In this document: positions 32,372 through 42,683 of the stretch, piece after piece
Layout: the number at the start of each line of letters is the position of its first letter
Numbering within the stretch: position 1 is the first letter of the stretch
Assembly: GCA_040285745.1 (NCBI GenBank)
Contig: JAUFOR010000008.1
Coordinates: 1,116,001 to 1,180,000 of the forward strand
Length of the DNA: 64,000 bases
Source: Barthelona sp. PCE
Lineage: Eukaryota
Direction of reading: 5' to 3'
Position numbers and translations under genes: made by a program
The notes under the pieces: model-generated
The model's database searches: none
Told to the model about the DNA's origin: nothing
What the model saw: only the letters and a program-made list of their open reading frames with translations

Positions 32372-32992
32372 ATGGGTTCTTATAAGTATCTTTCCGAGCT
32401 CTGGCGCAAGCGTCAGACCGCCGCCAACCGCTTTATCACACGTATTCGTAACTTCGTTTACCGTCAAAGCCCTACCGTTGCCCGTGTCACCCAGCCTACT
32501 CGTCCTGATAAGGCTGCTCGCTTGGGTTTCAAGAAGCGTCAGGGTTACGTCGTCATCAGAGTTCGTGTTCGTCGTGGTAACTTCCAGCGTTTCGGCGCCA
32601 AGCAAAAGCACCATATTGTTCACGGTAAGCCCGTTAACCAGGGTGTCATTGGTCTCAAGAACGCTCGTTCTGCCAGAGCTATCTGTGAGATGAGAGCTGG
32701 TAAGCGTTTCACTAACCTCCGTGTTTTGAACTCTTACTACCTCAGCGCTGATGCCGTCTTCAAGTACTACGAGGTAATTATGGTTGATCCCAGCCACTCT
32801 GCTATCCGTAACGATCCCAAGATCAACTGGATTTGCAACGCTGCTCACACACGTAGAGAGTGCCGTGGTCTCACCGCCGCTGGTAAGGAGCACCGTGGTC
32901 TCGGTAAGGGTCACCGCTTCACCAAGTCTACTCCTTCCCGTCGTGCTTTCTGGAAGAGAACCAACACCACTCACTTCAAGCGTTACCGTTAA
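32372..32992 (+). CDS. RPL15: 60S ribosomal protein eL15
   Basis: MGSYKYLSELWRKRQ, PTRPDKAARLGFK, NLRVLNSY, KYYEVIMVDP, RECRGLT; intronless. Confidence 0.99.
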   Translation: MGSYKYLSELWRKRQTAANRFITRIRNFVYRQSPTVARVTQPTRPDKAARLGFKKRQGYVVIRVRVRRGNFQRFGAKQKHHIVHGKPVNQGVIGLKNARSARAICEMRAGKRFTNLRVLNSYYLSADAVFKYYEVIMVDPSHSAIRNDPKINWICNAAHTRRECRGLTAAGKEHRGLGKGHRFTKSTPSRRAFWKRTNTTHFKRYR

Positions 32993-33067
32993 GCGGTTTA
33001 GCTACTGGGTAATGATATCATTTCCTTTTTTCTGTCAGTAAACCTGTTTTTGAGAATTTAATTTTTA

Positions 33068-35284
33068 CTATTCCTGAGCTGCAAACTCAAGTGCATTTGC
33101 CAGACGCTTAATGAAGTCCACATTGTACGAGTAATCATCTGCATCTATGTGCTGTAGCGCATTCAGGATCTCCATGGGTAGCTTCTTACATTCGACCGTG
33201 AATAAACAGTAATTGAATCGAGTTAACGGTAATCTATTGGCCGGGGACAAAGTAATGCACCCGTCCTTGTGCAATATGTTCATTTCCCTTAACACATCTG
33301 TAGGACTAACGAAAAAAAAGTTTTGGAAAGTTCGAATGTACTCCTCTAATGAAATCGTGCTTGTTTCTTTGTTTGAGCACTTTATAACAGCGTGAACGAG
33401 GGCGTTGAGGCGCAGCACAGGCATCACACGGATTGTATGCGCAAATGGATCAAGGAGTAGTGAAGCCTTCATGTTTGAAATATCGTGATGACTGAGTGTT
33501 TTATCGCACTTCCATTCTTTAAGCACGAGCTCCATCGCCCACAGCATCATGCGCGCGTCTCCGCTGAGGAAGCTAACCATGTTAACCATGAGAACTGTTC
33601 CGTCCATTCCCATAGGCTGAATAAAATAATCCCCCAGATACTGCATATGAGTCTCCAATTTAGCTTCCCTCAGCACGTTGGAAAACAGTCGGAGGCATAG
33701 GTCGTTCGCTTGCTGGATCTTATGTGCTATGATCATGTGCAAATCATTGCTGTGATACGCTGTGAATCGTATGGGCTTAACAGCAGCTCTGGATTCAGTC
33801 CTCGCCATCTGATTTTCGAAATCCAGGGTGTTAGCGATGCCAATGATGCTCAGCCATGGGATAGAACTCGCCCAATCAAAAATACGGTCAACAATGGCGT
33901 TTCTCTTTGTGCTCAGAAAATCAATCTCATCAAGAATGAAGAGCAGTGGTTTGCGTCTTCGGTTTTCCGGGTCCTGGAAGTATGTCTCCAGCTTGCGGCA
34001 TGCAGTGCTGACGGCGTACTTTCGATCAAAAACAGACTGGCACATCTCCGAGTATAGAGATTTGGGGTTGGTCAGTGCAAAGCAGTTGATGTAACGCACA
34101 TGAGGGTAACCCTCCGTGCACTGCCTTACCGAATGCGTCTTACCCGTTCCAGGAAGGCCCGTGATGCAAAGAACGTCAACACTCGTTGTGCAGCTCATTT
34201 TGACAAATCTTTCGATTTGATCAAGCTCCTCGTTTCTTCCCACAATCCTTCCGTGTGAATTCAAGGAGAACATATCGAGCATCGCCCGCTTGTAAACATG
34301 GTTGATTTTCTCCTTTAAATCAGTATCAATGGTGTCAAATTTACCTTCCGCGCATTTGCGCGCAATCAGTTTACGTAGACGGAAGCAGTCTGTCGACAGG
34401 TCCTCCTCGTACAGCTTGCTCTCCGTGACTGCGCGGCGGTAGACCGGAATTACCCCACGATCTGATGAGAAATCCAGTTGTGTGTTCTCAACCACACTCT
34501 TTTTCACATCCTTCAAGACTTCAGTCTTCCTATGTCGTTCCATGGCTATGGCGTTGTGTAGGTCGTCCATCTGAGTTACACGTGGCTGGGACAGTACGTC
34601 CTCCACAGTTAAATACTGTTTGTTTCTTTTCTTCTTCTTCTCTACTACTGGTGGAGCAATTGCTTTAAAACTATCTTCAAACATATTTTGGTATATGTTC
34701 AACATCTTACTGTTTGTTCCTTTCAATTCTGAAGCAAGTCTTTTGCGATCATCCTCTTTCTCCATCAACATTAAATCATATTTATGTGTGTGATTTGCTC
34801 TAGTAACCGGTTCAAATAGAAAATAATCACATGTGTAAGGGATTAAAAGTTCTTCATCAGTGTCATTTTCGCGAGCATAAACACGACTTAGAGCAAAAAT
34901 ATTTTCCAAGTGTGAATAAACAAATTTTTTTGTTATTTGAGGGCATAATTTCTTCATAACACGGAAGTAAAGATTCTTACGGATCATGATAGAACTCACT
35001 GATGGGAAGCATAAAATGATTGATCTGAAAAGATTGTGCAAACCAGGTGTTACAACTAATGGTAAACCACCTACATCCAATGTGCCTTCATCAACACTAT
35101 ATTCGAAGTCAAAGTGCTCCTCTGGTATATCTTCCTCAAGAACACCTGCGTCAATAGCAAGATTAACAGCAATAATTTCTTCGCTTGGTTCAGGGAGAAG
35201 CACTTCTCCAATTTCCTCGCCCATTTTCTTTATGTCGAAATCTTTCAACGTCTCTGGAGGACTGAATAGTTCTGTATCTGACAT
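33068..35284 (-). CDS. Orc1/Cdc6-family AAA+ replication initiator with long N-terminal extension
   Basis: VGRNEEL, Walker A ITGLPGTGKT, YINC, Walker B ILDEID, sensor I IGIAN, Arg finger ESR, FTAY, sensor II SGDAR. Confidence 0.9.
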   Translation of the reverse strand: MSDTELFSPPETLKDFDIKKMGEEIGEVLLPEPSEEIIAVNLAIDAGVLEEDIPEEHFDFEYSVDEGTLDVGGLPLVVTPGLHNLFRSIILCFPSVSSIMIRKNLYFRVMKKLCPQITKKFVYSHLENIFALSRVYARENDTDEELLIPYTCDYFLFEPVTRANHTHKYDLMLMEKEDDRKRLASELKGTNSKMLNIYQNMFEDSFKAIAPPVVEKKKKRNKQYLTVEDVLSQPRVTQMDDLHNAIAMERHRKTEVLKDVKKSVVENTQLDFSSDRGVIPVYRRAVTESKLYEEDLSTDCFRLRKLIARKCAEGKFDTIDTDLKEKINHVYKRAMLDMFSLNSHGRIVGRNEELDQIERFVKMSCTTSVDVLCITGLPGTGKTHSVRQCTEGYPHVRYINCFALTNPKSLYSEMCQSVFDRKYAVSTACRKLETYFQDPENRRRKPLLFILDEIDFLSTKRNAIVDRIFDWASSIPWLSIIGIANTLDFENQMARTESRAAVKPIRFTAYHSNDLHMIIAHKIQQANDLCLRLFSNVLREAKLETHMQYLGDYFIQPMGMDGTVLMVNMVSFLSGDARMMLWAMELVLKEWKCDKTLSHHDISNMKASLLLDPFAHTIRVMPVLRLNALVHAVIKCSNKETSTISLEEYIRTFQNFFFVSPTDVLREMNILHKDGCITLSPANRLPLTRFNYCLFTVECKKLPMEILNALQHIDADDYSYNVDFIKRLANALEFAAQE

Positions 35285-35859
35285 TTAAAACATTTTTTCT
35301 TTGTGGAGAGGGTGTGAAATGAATTAACAAGATTTTTACACCTCAGCTGCTGAGTTGGACTGATTTAGAGCTTGTTTGATTCATATTTGAGTGGATTAAT
35401 AATATCATTATCGATAAAGAAAGTAAATCTGGATTGGATTAGCTTTTTGGCAGAGCAGTTTGTTGAAATTTAGCGTGAATATGTACTTTCCCATTGCTTA
35501 CAAAGTTCGTATCTTTATGTTTAAGAATAAAGAAGTTTCTTTCTGCAGGTAAGCAAAATTGCACTTCAGGTATATTGCATTGTTCAAGAGTACTGTAGAA
35601 ATGAACTTAATAGTGGATATTATATGTATGCAACGCTTACATAATGATACAAGTAATAAAGTAAATAACAACGCATGCTTCACCATTGTCCAGTATTATA
35701 ACATTTACACTTACATTACAATGTACACCATTTCCGCATATTAATTAAAACAGTCGGTTGGATTATTATGAATAAAAAAAAATCTAACATCAGTTAAACG
35801 AGTATAATCACAGTACCTAGCGATAGATACTAAGAGACTCAAGTCAAAGCATCATGTTC

Positions 35860-35972
35860 TCAAGCACGAATGCTTGAAAAAATTTTTTAAAGATTTTACA
35901 GGATAAGCTATTCCGCGGTATTTTCGGAATACCTTCCTGCACACAGAACACCCACGAAACGTGCATTCGTGG
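35860..35972. ncRNA. Cluster of three hairpins, candidate structured RNA or palindromic DNA element
   Basis: TCAAGCA-CGAA-TGCTTGA (35860-77); CAGGA..TATTCCG/CGGAATA..TCCTG (35899-939); CCACGAA/TTCGTGG (35952-72). Confidence 0.3.
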
Positions 35973-36140
35973 ATACTATATTCCACATTTAAATCGTTGT
36001 ACAGAAAAAGCGATTTGTGATGTATTGCGAAGTTAATACATGTTTCGTATCATGAATCAGTGCCTTACAGGCACTTCCACCACAACACCCACAATAGAAT
36101 GTGTGATTGAATGCATTTGTAATTTTATCCATTTCATTGC

Positions 36141-38444
36141 ATGGAAGGGCGCGCATTGAGTTTCGATCAGCCAGTGCAGGTCGCAATACGCTTAAGACCA
36201 CTCGAAGAGGGGCAGCATAGTCTGGCAAACAACGTTGATTCAAATTCTGTTTCGCTTGAGGATGATACCTCAGGTTTAGTCCGTGTCATGAAGTTTGACA
36301 AGGTCTTTGGTGGGCCAAGCACACAGGAAGAGGTTTTTGAGATATATGGTCGACCCACGGTTAACCGTTTTCTTGATGGTTTTAATTCGAGCGTTTTTTG
36401 CTATGGTCAGACTGGTTCAGGAAAAACGTATACAATATTTGGTGACAAGCCTGAAAACAAAGGTTTAGTACCGCGTTGTTTGGAGTTTTTGTTTGAAGAA
36501 ATTGCTCTTCGCTCAAATTTTGGTGATACATCCATTTATATTCAGTTTATTGAGCTATACAATGACAATATCATCGATCTTCTGAAGGGTTTTGATGTTG
36601 AAAACTTTAAAAGTGTGCAAATCATTAACAGAATGTCATATTTGAATGACAGTTTACGACACAAGTTAGGTAATGTTTTTGATATTGAAGACACGCTAAA
36701 TACTGTCATTTTTGATAGGAAACTAAATAGATCAGTGGAAATTCCAGATATGTATACAATGGCTAGTGGAAATCAAATATCAGAGCACAAATCAGCAAAT
36801 GATGGTATTCTAAGGTCTTCTAAGGACGGTAGAGTGTATGTAGAGGGCTGTGACGCAGTATTAGTGCGCTGTTTGAGTGATATTACTGATTTATTAATGT
36901 ACGGCATTTCAAAAAGGGAAACACACCCTACATCACGAAACATGATTTCTTCACGTAGTCACGCAGTACTCAACATCTTTCTGTCGCAAAAGCCAACAGC
37001 AGGCACAACCAAGGTATCACAGCTGTCGTTTGTGGATCTTGCAGGTAGTGAACGCTTGAACCCCAACGAGAAACAAGATAAAGAACGACTTTTCGAGAGC
37101 AAAAATATTAATTCAACACTGTCCGCCCTGGGTCAGTGCGTATCTGCTCTGCGGAATGGAAGGCCACATGTACCTTTTCGTGATGCAAAACTGACTCGGC
37201 TGCTTTCTAATGTTTTGAGTGGAAACTGCATTACAACTTTGATTGCGACGTTAAACCCACTGAAAGCGCATCATCAGGAGTGTTTGAGTACGCTACACTT
37301 TGCACAGGGTGCAGGATCTTTGCATAACACCCCCCATGTTAATTTCCGAGACGTTGAGCCTGATGACTATGAGAAGAAGCTTGAGGATCTAATGAAAGAA
37401 AATGCAATGTTAAGAAAAGAGAACGAAGAGCTGGAAGCAGTTGTTGAGCAACAGTCAAAGCAGGTTCAACAAAGAATTGAAGCTCGTCAACCATCCCAAC
37501 TATCGCATTACTCATCTTTTACAGGAGAGCAGTCTATTTCTAGACAATCATCTGCGGAAGGCGCTACACTTCAGATACCGAGAACGATGTCACGTGGGAA
37601 GCTTGGTAAACAGACATCGATGGCGTCTATCAAGAACGAAGGTCGGAAAAGGCGAGAAGGAATAATGGAAACACGCATACAAAAGCTTGAGGAAGAGCTT
37701 CAGAGACGCGAAAGAATGATTCAGGATCTTGTTAACGAGAAACATACTCAGCAACGTAGTTTCCAAGCAAAGATAAACTCATTAAAATTGGAGTTGAAGC
37801 AAGCTGAAGGATCTATTTCAAAACAAAAATTATCTACATCCCGTCTTTTAAGTGAGAGTAACGCAAGCTTTAAGGAGCAGCTGACAAAGATGATTGATCG
37901 AAACAGTTTGCTTTTAACAAAGAATGAAGAGACTGTCAAGAGTAGATTAAGTTTGGGTAGTCTTTCTAGACCTCAGACATCACGTTCAGTGCTCAGTATG
38001 AGCAGCAGACTCGGTAATATCACATACAGGAGACCAATGACAGCCACAACAGAGTTGAGTAGTGGAAGTGATTTGTTTAATTGGGATATTGATGACTGGG
38101 ACCTACCGCAATCATTTTTTGACGAATATGAAGATGATTTGTACTTGTTGTCTGAGAACCAACGTATTTTAATTAGTTCAATTATTGGACAAGTCAAGAG
38201 AAGTCATGATGTCGAGTTAGAAAAGTATAAGAAATGGATTAAGGTACAGAAATTACAGTTAGTTAATGCAGAGAGAAGCTTTGATGATTTTAAGGAAAAA
38301 CAAAGGAATAAGTATGTTAAGCTAGAGAAGAGAAGTAATTACTTTTTGGAATATATCAGAAGAACGAAGAAAATTTTGAATAACAGTGCGGTAGGTCATC
38401 GTATTTTGGTTGAAGATTTTCCCGCATTCATGCCCCCGAAATAG
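36141..38444 (+). CDS. Kinesin with N-terminal motor domain and coiled-coil tail
   Basis: VAIRLRP, FDKVF, YGQTGSGKTYT, SSRSHA, VDLAGSER, HVPFRDAKLTRLL. Confidence 0.97.
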   Translation: MEGRALSFDQPVQVAIRLRPLEEGQHSLANNVDSNSVSLEDDTSGLVRVMKFDKVFGGPSTQEEVFEIYGRPTVNRFLDGFNSSVFCYGQTGSGKTYTIFGDKPENKGLVPRCLEFLFEEIALRSNFGDTSIYIQFIELYNDNIIDLLKGFDVENFKSVQIINRMSYLNDSLRHKLGNVFDIEDTLNTVIFDRKLNRSVEIPDMYTMASGNQISEHKSANDGILRSSKDGRVYVEGCDAVLVRCLSDITDLLMYGISKRETHPTSRNMISSRSHAVLNIFLSQKPTAGTTKVSQLSFVDLAGSERLNPNEKQDKERLFESKNINSTLSALGQCVSALRNGRPHVPFRDAKLTRLLSNVLSGNCITTLIATLNPLKAHHQECLSTLHFAQGAGSLHNTPHVNFRDVEPDDYEKKLEDLMKENAMLRKENEELEAVVEQQSKQVQQRIEARQPSQLSHYSSFTGEQSISRQSSAEGATLQIPRTMSRGKLGKQTSMASIKNEGRKRREGIMETRIQKLEEELQRRERMIQDLVNEKHTQQRSFQAKINSLKLELKQAEGSISKQKLSTSRLLSESNASFKEQLTKMIDRNSLLLTKNEETVKSRLSLGSLSRPQTSRSVLSMSSRLGNITYRRPMTATTELSSGSDLFNWDIDDWDLPQSFFDEYEDDLYLLSENQRILISSIIGQVKRSHDVELEKYKKWIKVQKLQLVNAERSFDDFKEKQRNKYVKLEKRSNYFLEYIRRTKKILNNSAVGHRILVEDFPAFMPPK

Positions 38445-38525
38445 ATTGTGATATTTTAATAAATCAAACAGAACTCAACTAATTGAATTCAAGGATAATT
38501 TCCAGAGTCCTTCTTTACAATTGAA

Positions 38526-39128
38526 TTAGTTAGGCCAGTTCTTTGCTAAGGTGAATTTATATTCAAACATAGGCCATTCGCGTTCATCATCGCAAGCGAA
38601 ACGACATCTGGCAGTGTATGTACCACGTGCCATGAAACCGCTTGGAAAAACTTGATACTTGCGAGGGAAAGTGGTATCATGAACACCAAACGGGAAAGAA
38701 CCAATATTGAAGTCGGACTTGTTCACGCGGACACCAAGACGGTAAGCTGCATTGACCATACAAAGGCCAACAACAACAACTTCGTTTTCAATTTCTATCT
38801 TGGCCTGGAACTTAAATCTTGCCCCTTCCTTGATGATGATTGGCTCGTTTTTATAACGTTCCAAGCATTCAGGATCTGTTAAATCGAATACGTAAGGTTC
38901 ATGGTTTTTAAACAGTAATTTGAACTCTACAATCCTTGTCTGTGTGATATTACAGTCGGCCTTAGCACCGGCGCGCTCCAACAGGTTTGCCTTCCATGTA
39001 TTAAGCGTGGAATCATCCTTGTCTGCATCCATAACCTCGGAAAGACTTGCATCTAAGTTTCCTTTGTATTGATCTTCACGTACAAGATCGGGGTCGATTT
39101 CTGCTTTGTTTGGATTTTGTTCACTCAT
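38526..39128 (-). CDS. Rho GDP-dissociation inhibitor
   Basis: DKDDSTLNTWKANLL, IIKEG, IGSF, PSGFMARGTY, FTLAKNW. Confidence 0.92.
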   Translation of the reverse strand: MSEQNPNKAEIDPDLVREDQYKGNLDASLSEVMDADKDDSTLNTWKANLLERAGAKADCNITQTRIVEFKLLFKNHEPYVFDLTDPECLERYKNEPIIIKEGARFKFQAKIEIENEVVVVGLCMVNAAYRLGVRVNKSDFNIGSFPFGVHDTTFPRKYQVFPSGFMARGTYTARCRFACDDEREWPMFEYKFTLAKNWPN

Positions 39129-39301
39129 TTAGGAATGGGTAGAAAAAATTATAACACTGTTCCTCAAAGATTTCTGGGATCCCTATCACCCATGTGGGTA
39201 TTTTATAACGTTTGATTCTCCATAGAAGGGTTTAAACATGTTAGTCTGTTGTACAAGCTTTTAAAACCCTTTCTCTGTTCATTTTATCAGTATCCTTTAA
39301 A

Positions 39302-39847
39302 ATGCCATCTTTTACTGCCGAACAAACGACAGAGCCAACGAACCCTGAACCAGAAATCAAATTCGACGTTCAGCCATTTTTTGATTTCGATCTTGTTGAA
39401 TTTTGGGGTCCTGCTAAACACACAACCCCTACACCCTTTTCAGAGGATGTTCTTACACAATTCAGGAAGGAGAAACCACAATTTCACTTACCTGATTCAT
39501 ATTTAGCTTTCCTTCGTGTTAGAAATGGTGGTTATTGTACCAAGGATATGGTTCCAACCGATGATCCAGAATGCCCAATAGGAGTTGAATCATTCTTTCC
39601 CATCGAGAACCTTATTGGTGACAACACAGACTGGATTGATGAATGGGGTTATCCGTCTGAGTATCTTTATATTGCTGATACTCCAAGTGGTGGTCATGAT
39701 ATGATTGCTCTGGATTATTCTGTTGATCCTCTGGAACCAAGAGTTGTTAATATCGATCAGGAGATGGAATATCGTGTATTAGTTGTTGCTGATTGTTTTG
39801 AAGAATTTATTAAGAAGATGAAAACCTCTGAGGAATTAGGTTTTTAA
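39302..39847 (+). CDS. SMI1/KNR4 (SUKH) family protein, bacterial-like
   Basis: LPDSYLAFLRVRNGG, IDEWGYP, IADTPSGGHDMIALDY, EPRVVNIDQE, VADCFEEFI. Confidence 0.88.
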   Translation: MPSFTAEQTTEPTNPEPEIKFDVQPFFDFDLVEFWGPAKHTTPTPFSEDVLTQFRKEKPQFHLPDSYLAFLRVRNGGYCTKDMVPTDDPECPIGVESFFPIENLIGDNTDWIDEWGYPSEYLYIADTPSGGHDMIALDYSVDPLEPRVVNIDQEMEYRVLVVADCFEEFIKKMKTSEELGF

Positions 39848-39882
39848 ATAGTTTATTTATAATAAATTGATTATTGATATAA

Positions 39883-42351
39883 TTAATAATGGACAACATG
39901 TGAATGAAAATCTGAAATGTTTAGCACACTGCTAATAGAATCCTTCTCAATGAATACTGTGTTTAAATTACTGACACTGGTTGAAAGGTTGTTCTTATAG
40001 TTTAAATAAAACATTCGGAGACCTGTATTGTAAAAATGTGTTGAAAGTATATGACACACTCGTTCTAAATGCGTCATCTTGAAGCAATATTGCAGATTGT
40101 TAAATCTTTCAAACAACGGCACTACAGTTCTAAACGCTGTTTTGGAGCGGAAATTCATGAGTATGGTGACAATTCGGATATCTGAGAAACGTTCCTTCAA
40201 GATATTATCAAGAATTTCCATTGTTTCCAGATCTTTGTAATGGAGTTTCACCATGAGATCACTCTTGCATCCATACTGGTACGCAGGCTCAAGGAGCTCA
40301 TCCAATTTGTTTAAATCATCCTTGCTCAAGTCTAACAGAGCTTCCGCTTCGATTGAGGTACACAATATACACCTGGCATTCCTCTTGAAACTAGTGATAG
40401 TATCCAATGAAAGCTGCCTGAGTTCTGAAAAATCTACATATACACTCAAGTAATTCCAGTCGTCGTACTGCTCAAAGAAACTCAATAAATCTGCATTGAC
40501 AGTAACGCCAACGATACTTGGGTTGAGATAGTACGATTCGTCCATAAATGACTGCAGTTCCATACTGTTATTAACGTTGATTATTATACTAGGATGGTTA
40601 GTTTTTCCACTTAAGGCAGGTATAGAGTTGTGTTTGACGTAGTCTGAGTAAAAATCAACACACTGCTTTGTTGATTCAAATTTCTTGTTCAGAAAAACGG
40701 ATAGAAGGCTCTGGATACACGTGAGGAAGGCATAGTTGGACTGAAGCTGTGCATCATGGAAAAGCTTCATTCCACAATCTATTTTTTCCAGAATCCTAGA
40801 GTTTAACGTTACTGAGCTAAATACAATATACAGTATTCCATCAATCAAATCACCAAAACATCGCTTATAGTATTGCACATGTGTTCTTATGGTATCCTCT
40901 ATCGTGCTTCCTTGAAAGGTCGGTAGTTCAAATCCTAACCGATGAACCAATGCAGGGATCAAATAGAACCAATCAAATTCACGATGATTAAAATCATCGT
41001 TCTTCAATGGAGCACCTCCTTCACTTGACAAACTGCCACGTCTTGAATCAAACGGAGATCCTGCACGAGAATGTGCCAAGAGGCTGAAGTTCTGTGGAAT
41101 TGATTTCTCCCAAAACACAGGAGGAAGATAGGGGTCGCCCAACTGGGTCTCGAATCCCTTGGTGAATGCTGCCTTTCTTTGCACGAAATCCCAATCAATT
41201 AGTCTCGGGTGCAAACCCTTGAAAAAAGCTGGATCATCGGATCTAAACAAGATATTCTCCGTGTGAAGATCCAAATGAACAATTCCACAAGTGCTGATGA
41301 GACTGAGCACCTCAGTCATTGATAGAAAGTGTCGCATGGACCAACTTTCTGCATTAAGCGAACTACCGTTTAATTGCGACTGAAACATATTATCAACAAC
41401 TGTATTCTGATCACTTGAGAGGAAAGGCGTCAAAATGAGATCATAAAAAACTCTGTTGATACCGTCATCAATGCTATTGCCGCTGAACCACTTGGTTTGA
41501 TACACCTTATCATTATAACGGAGAGTTGGCGTCCGTCCACTGGGGAGTATGGCGGCGCTCTTGAAGAGCATCTGCCGGGTTTTGTTGGTTAGTAATTGGT
41601 CTATGACTGCCTGGTTATATCGTAAGAAGATTTGATTGAATTTGATCTTGTCGAAATAATTCTTCACGCGATTAATGTATCCTAAGAATACATCCAAGAA
41701 GTGGTCAAAGTTGACAGAGTTGCTGCACAGCCGGGATTTGGTGTTGTGATGTGTGAAATAAAGGGTTAAAGGCTGACAAAAATCGTTCAAGTGGATTCTT
41801 CCTTGAGGGTATGGTTCATGCAATTCTGCAATTCTGATGCTAATATTCATCGTGACGTACAGCCCGTTCCTGGGGGAATTTGATGTTGTGATTCCATACA
41901 CACAACCTCCTAGCGCCTTGATGGGGAATGCATCAACAGGCAATAGGCAAGATTGGTATGCTACTGTGTTTGATAAAACGTTGTCGAGGTCAGAGACGTT
42001 GAGAACTCGGCCGGAGTACGTCAGTGAGAAGATACAAGACTTTAGTTCATTACAATAAAGGGATGCATATGATGAAACATTTGTGGAACTGAGAAATTTT
42101 GGCATTGCTACATACTTAAGAAGCTTTCCATGTCTAACTATGGTGGATAACATTCTTAGAAAGTTTGAACAGCATCGCCACATCACCTGTTTTTGGAAAG
42201 CAAGATTTTCCATATTCTGTTGCATTGCCTTCCTTTCTTTGTCGAGATTGATGGATACTGTGATCTTTTCACTGTTGATTGCGGTCTCAGGAGGTTGAAA
42301 AACAAAATCTGTTCTACGTAGATGATCTATGTTGTAGATTGCTGTGTTCAT
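39883..42351 (-). CDS. Divergent protein-kinase-fold protein with unrecognised N- and C-terminal domains
   Basis: PSGRT, YQTKW, GIVHLDLHTENILF, RLIDWDF, YLPP. First ATG 42351. Confidence 0.75.
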   Translation of the reverse strand: MNTAIYNIDHLRRTDFVFQPPETAINSEKITVSINLDKERKAMQQNMENLAFQKQVMWRCCSNFLRMLSTIVRHGKLLKYVAMPKFLSSTNVSSYASLYCNELKSCIFSLTYSGRVLNVSDLDNVLSNTVAYQSCLLPVDAFPIKALGGCVYGITTSNSPRNGLYVTMNISIRIAELHEPYPQGRIHLNDFCQPLTLYFTHHNTKSRLCSNSVNFDHFLDVFLGYINRVKNYFDKIKFNQIFLRYNQAVIDQLLTNKTRQMLFKSAAILPSGRTPTLRYNDKVYQTKWFSGNSIDDGINRVFYDLILTPFLSSDQNTVVDNMFQSQLNGSSLNAESWSMRHFLSMTEVLSLISTCGIVHLDLHTENILFRSDDPAFFKGLHPRLIDWDFVQRKAAFTKGFETQLGDPYLPPVFWEKSIPQNFSLLAHSRAGSPFDSRRGSLSSEGGAPLKNDDFNHREFDWFYLIPALVHRLGFELPTFQGSTIEDTIRTHVQYYKRCFGDLIDGILYIVFSSVTLNSRILEKIDCGMKLFHDAQLQSNYAFLTCIQSLLSVFLNKKFESTKQCVDFYSDYVKHNSIPALSGKTNHPSIIINVNNSMELQSFMDESYYLNPSIVGVTVNADLLSFFEQYDDWNYLSVYVDFSELRQLSLDTITSFKRNARCILCTSIEAEALLDLSKDDLNKLDELLEPAYQYGCKSDLMVKLHYKDLETMEILDNILKERFSDIRIVTILMNFRSKTAFRTVVPLFERFNNLQYCFKMTHLERVCHILSTHFYNTGLRMFYLNYKNNLSTSVSNLNTVFIEKDSISSVLNISDFHSHVVHY

Positions 42352-42683
42352 GCTTATCACGGTTTTGGAAAACGATTTTTTAAGCCAGAATCACCGCTAC
42401 TGACAGGTGTGAAAGAGTAGGAAGAAGTATATACACCTAGTTTCACTTAAAACTACTTCTAATTGGATTTCCCTTCTAACGTGGGGTAAATAACCTTAAT
42501 TGTGATAGTTGTCCGCTAAATTACTCTTAGATATCTCAAACACCGCTTTCTGCAATATTTTTCGACCTTTTCAGTACTTCTGTTATATTGCTTATTTATC
42601 TTAATCTGTTACATTTTTATGGCATTTTATCCATATTATCGAAAATATTTATAGAATAACGCAGAGTGATCAATGCAGGGTTT

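Noticed and set aside
32318-32974. 218-aa antisense ORF over RPL15, and other antisense or nested ORFs in the track
   Set aside because: Shadow ORFs produced by codon bias of the real genes; no independent motifs.
35498-35686. 62-aa signal-peptide-like ORF with a possible 48-nt GTAAGC...CAG intron
   Set aside because: Splicing would not extend the frame, the product is tiny and has no recognisable similarity.
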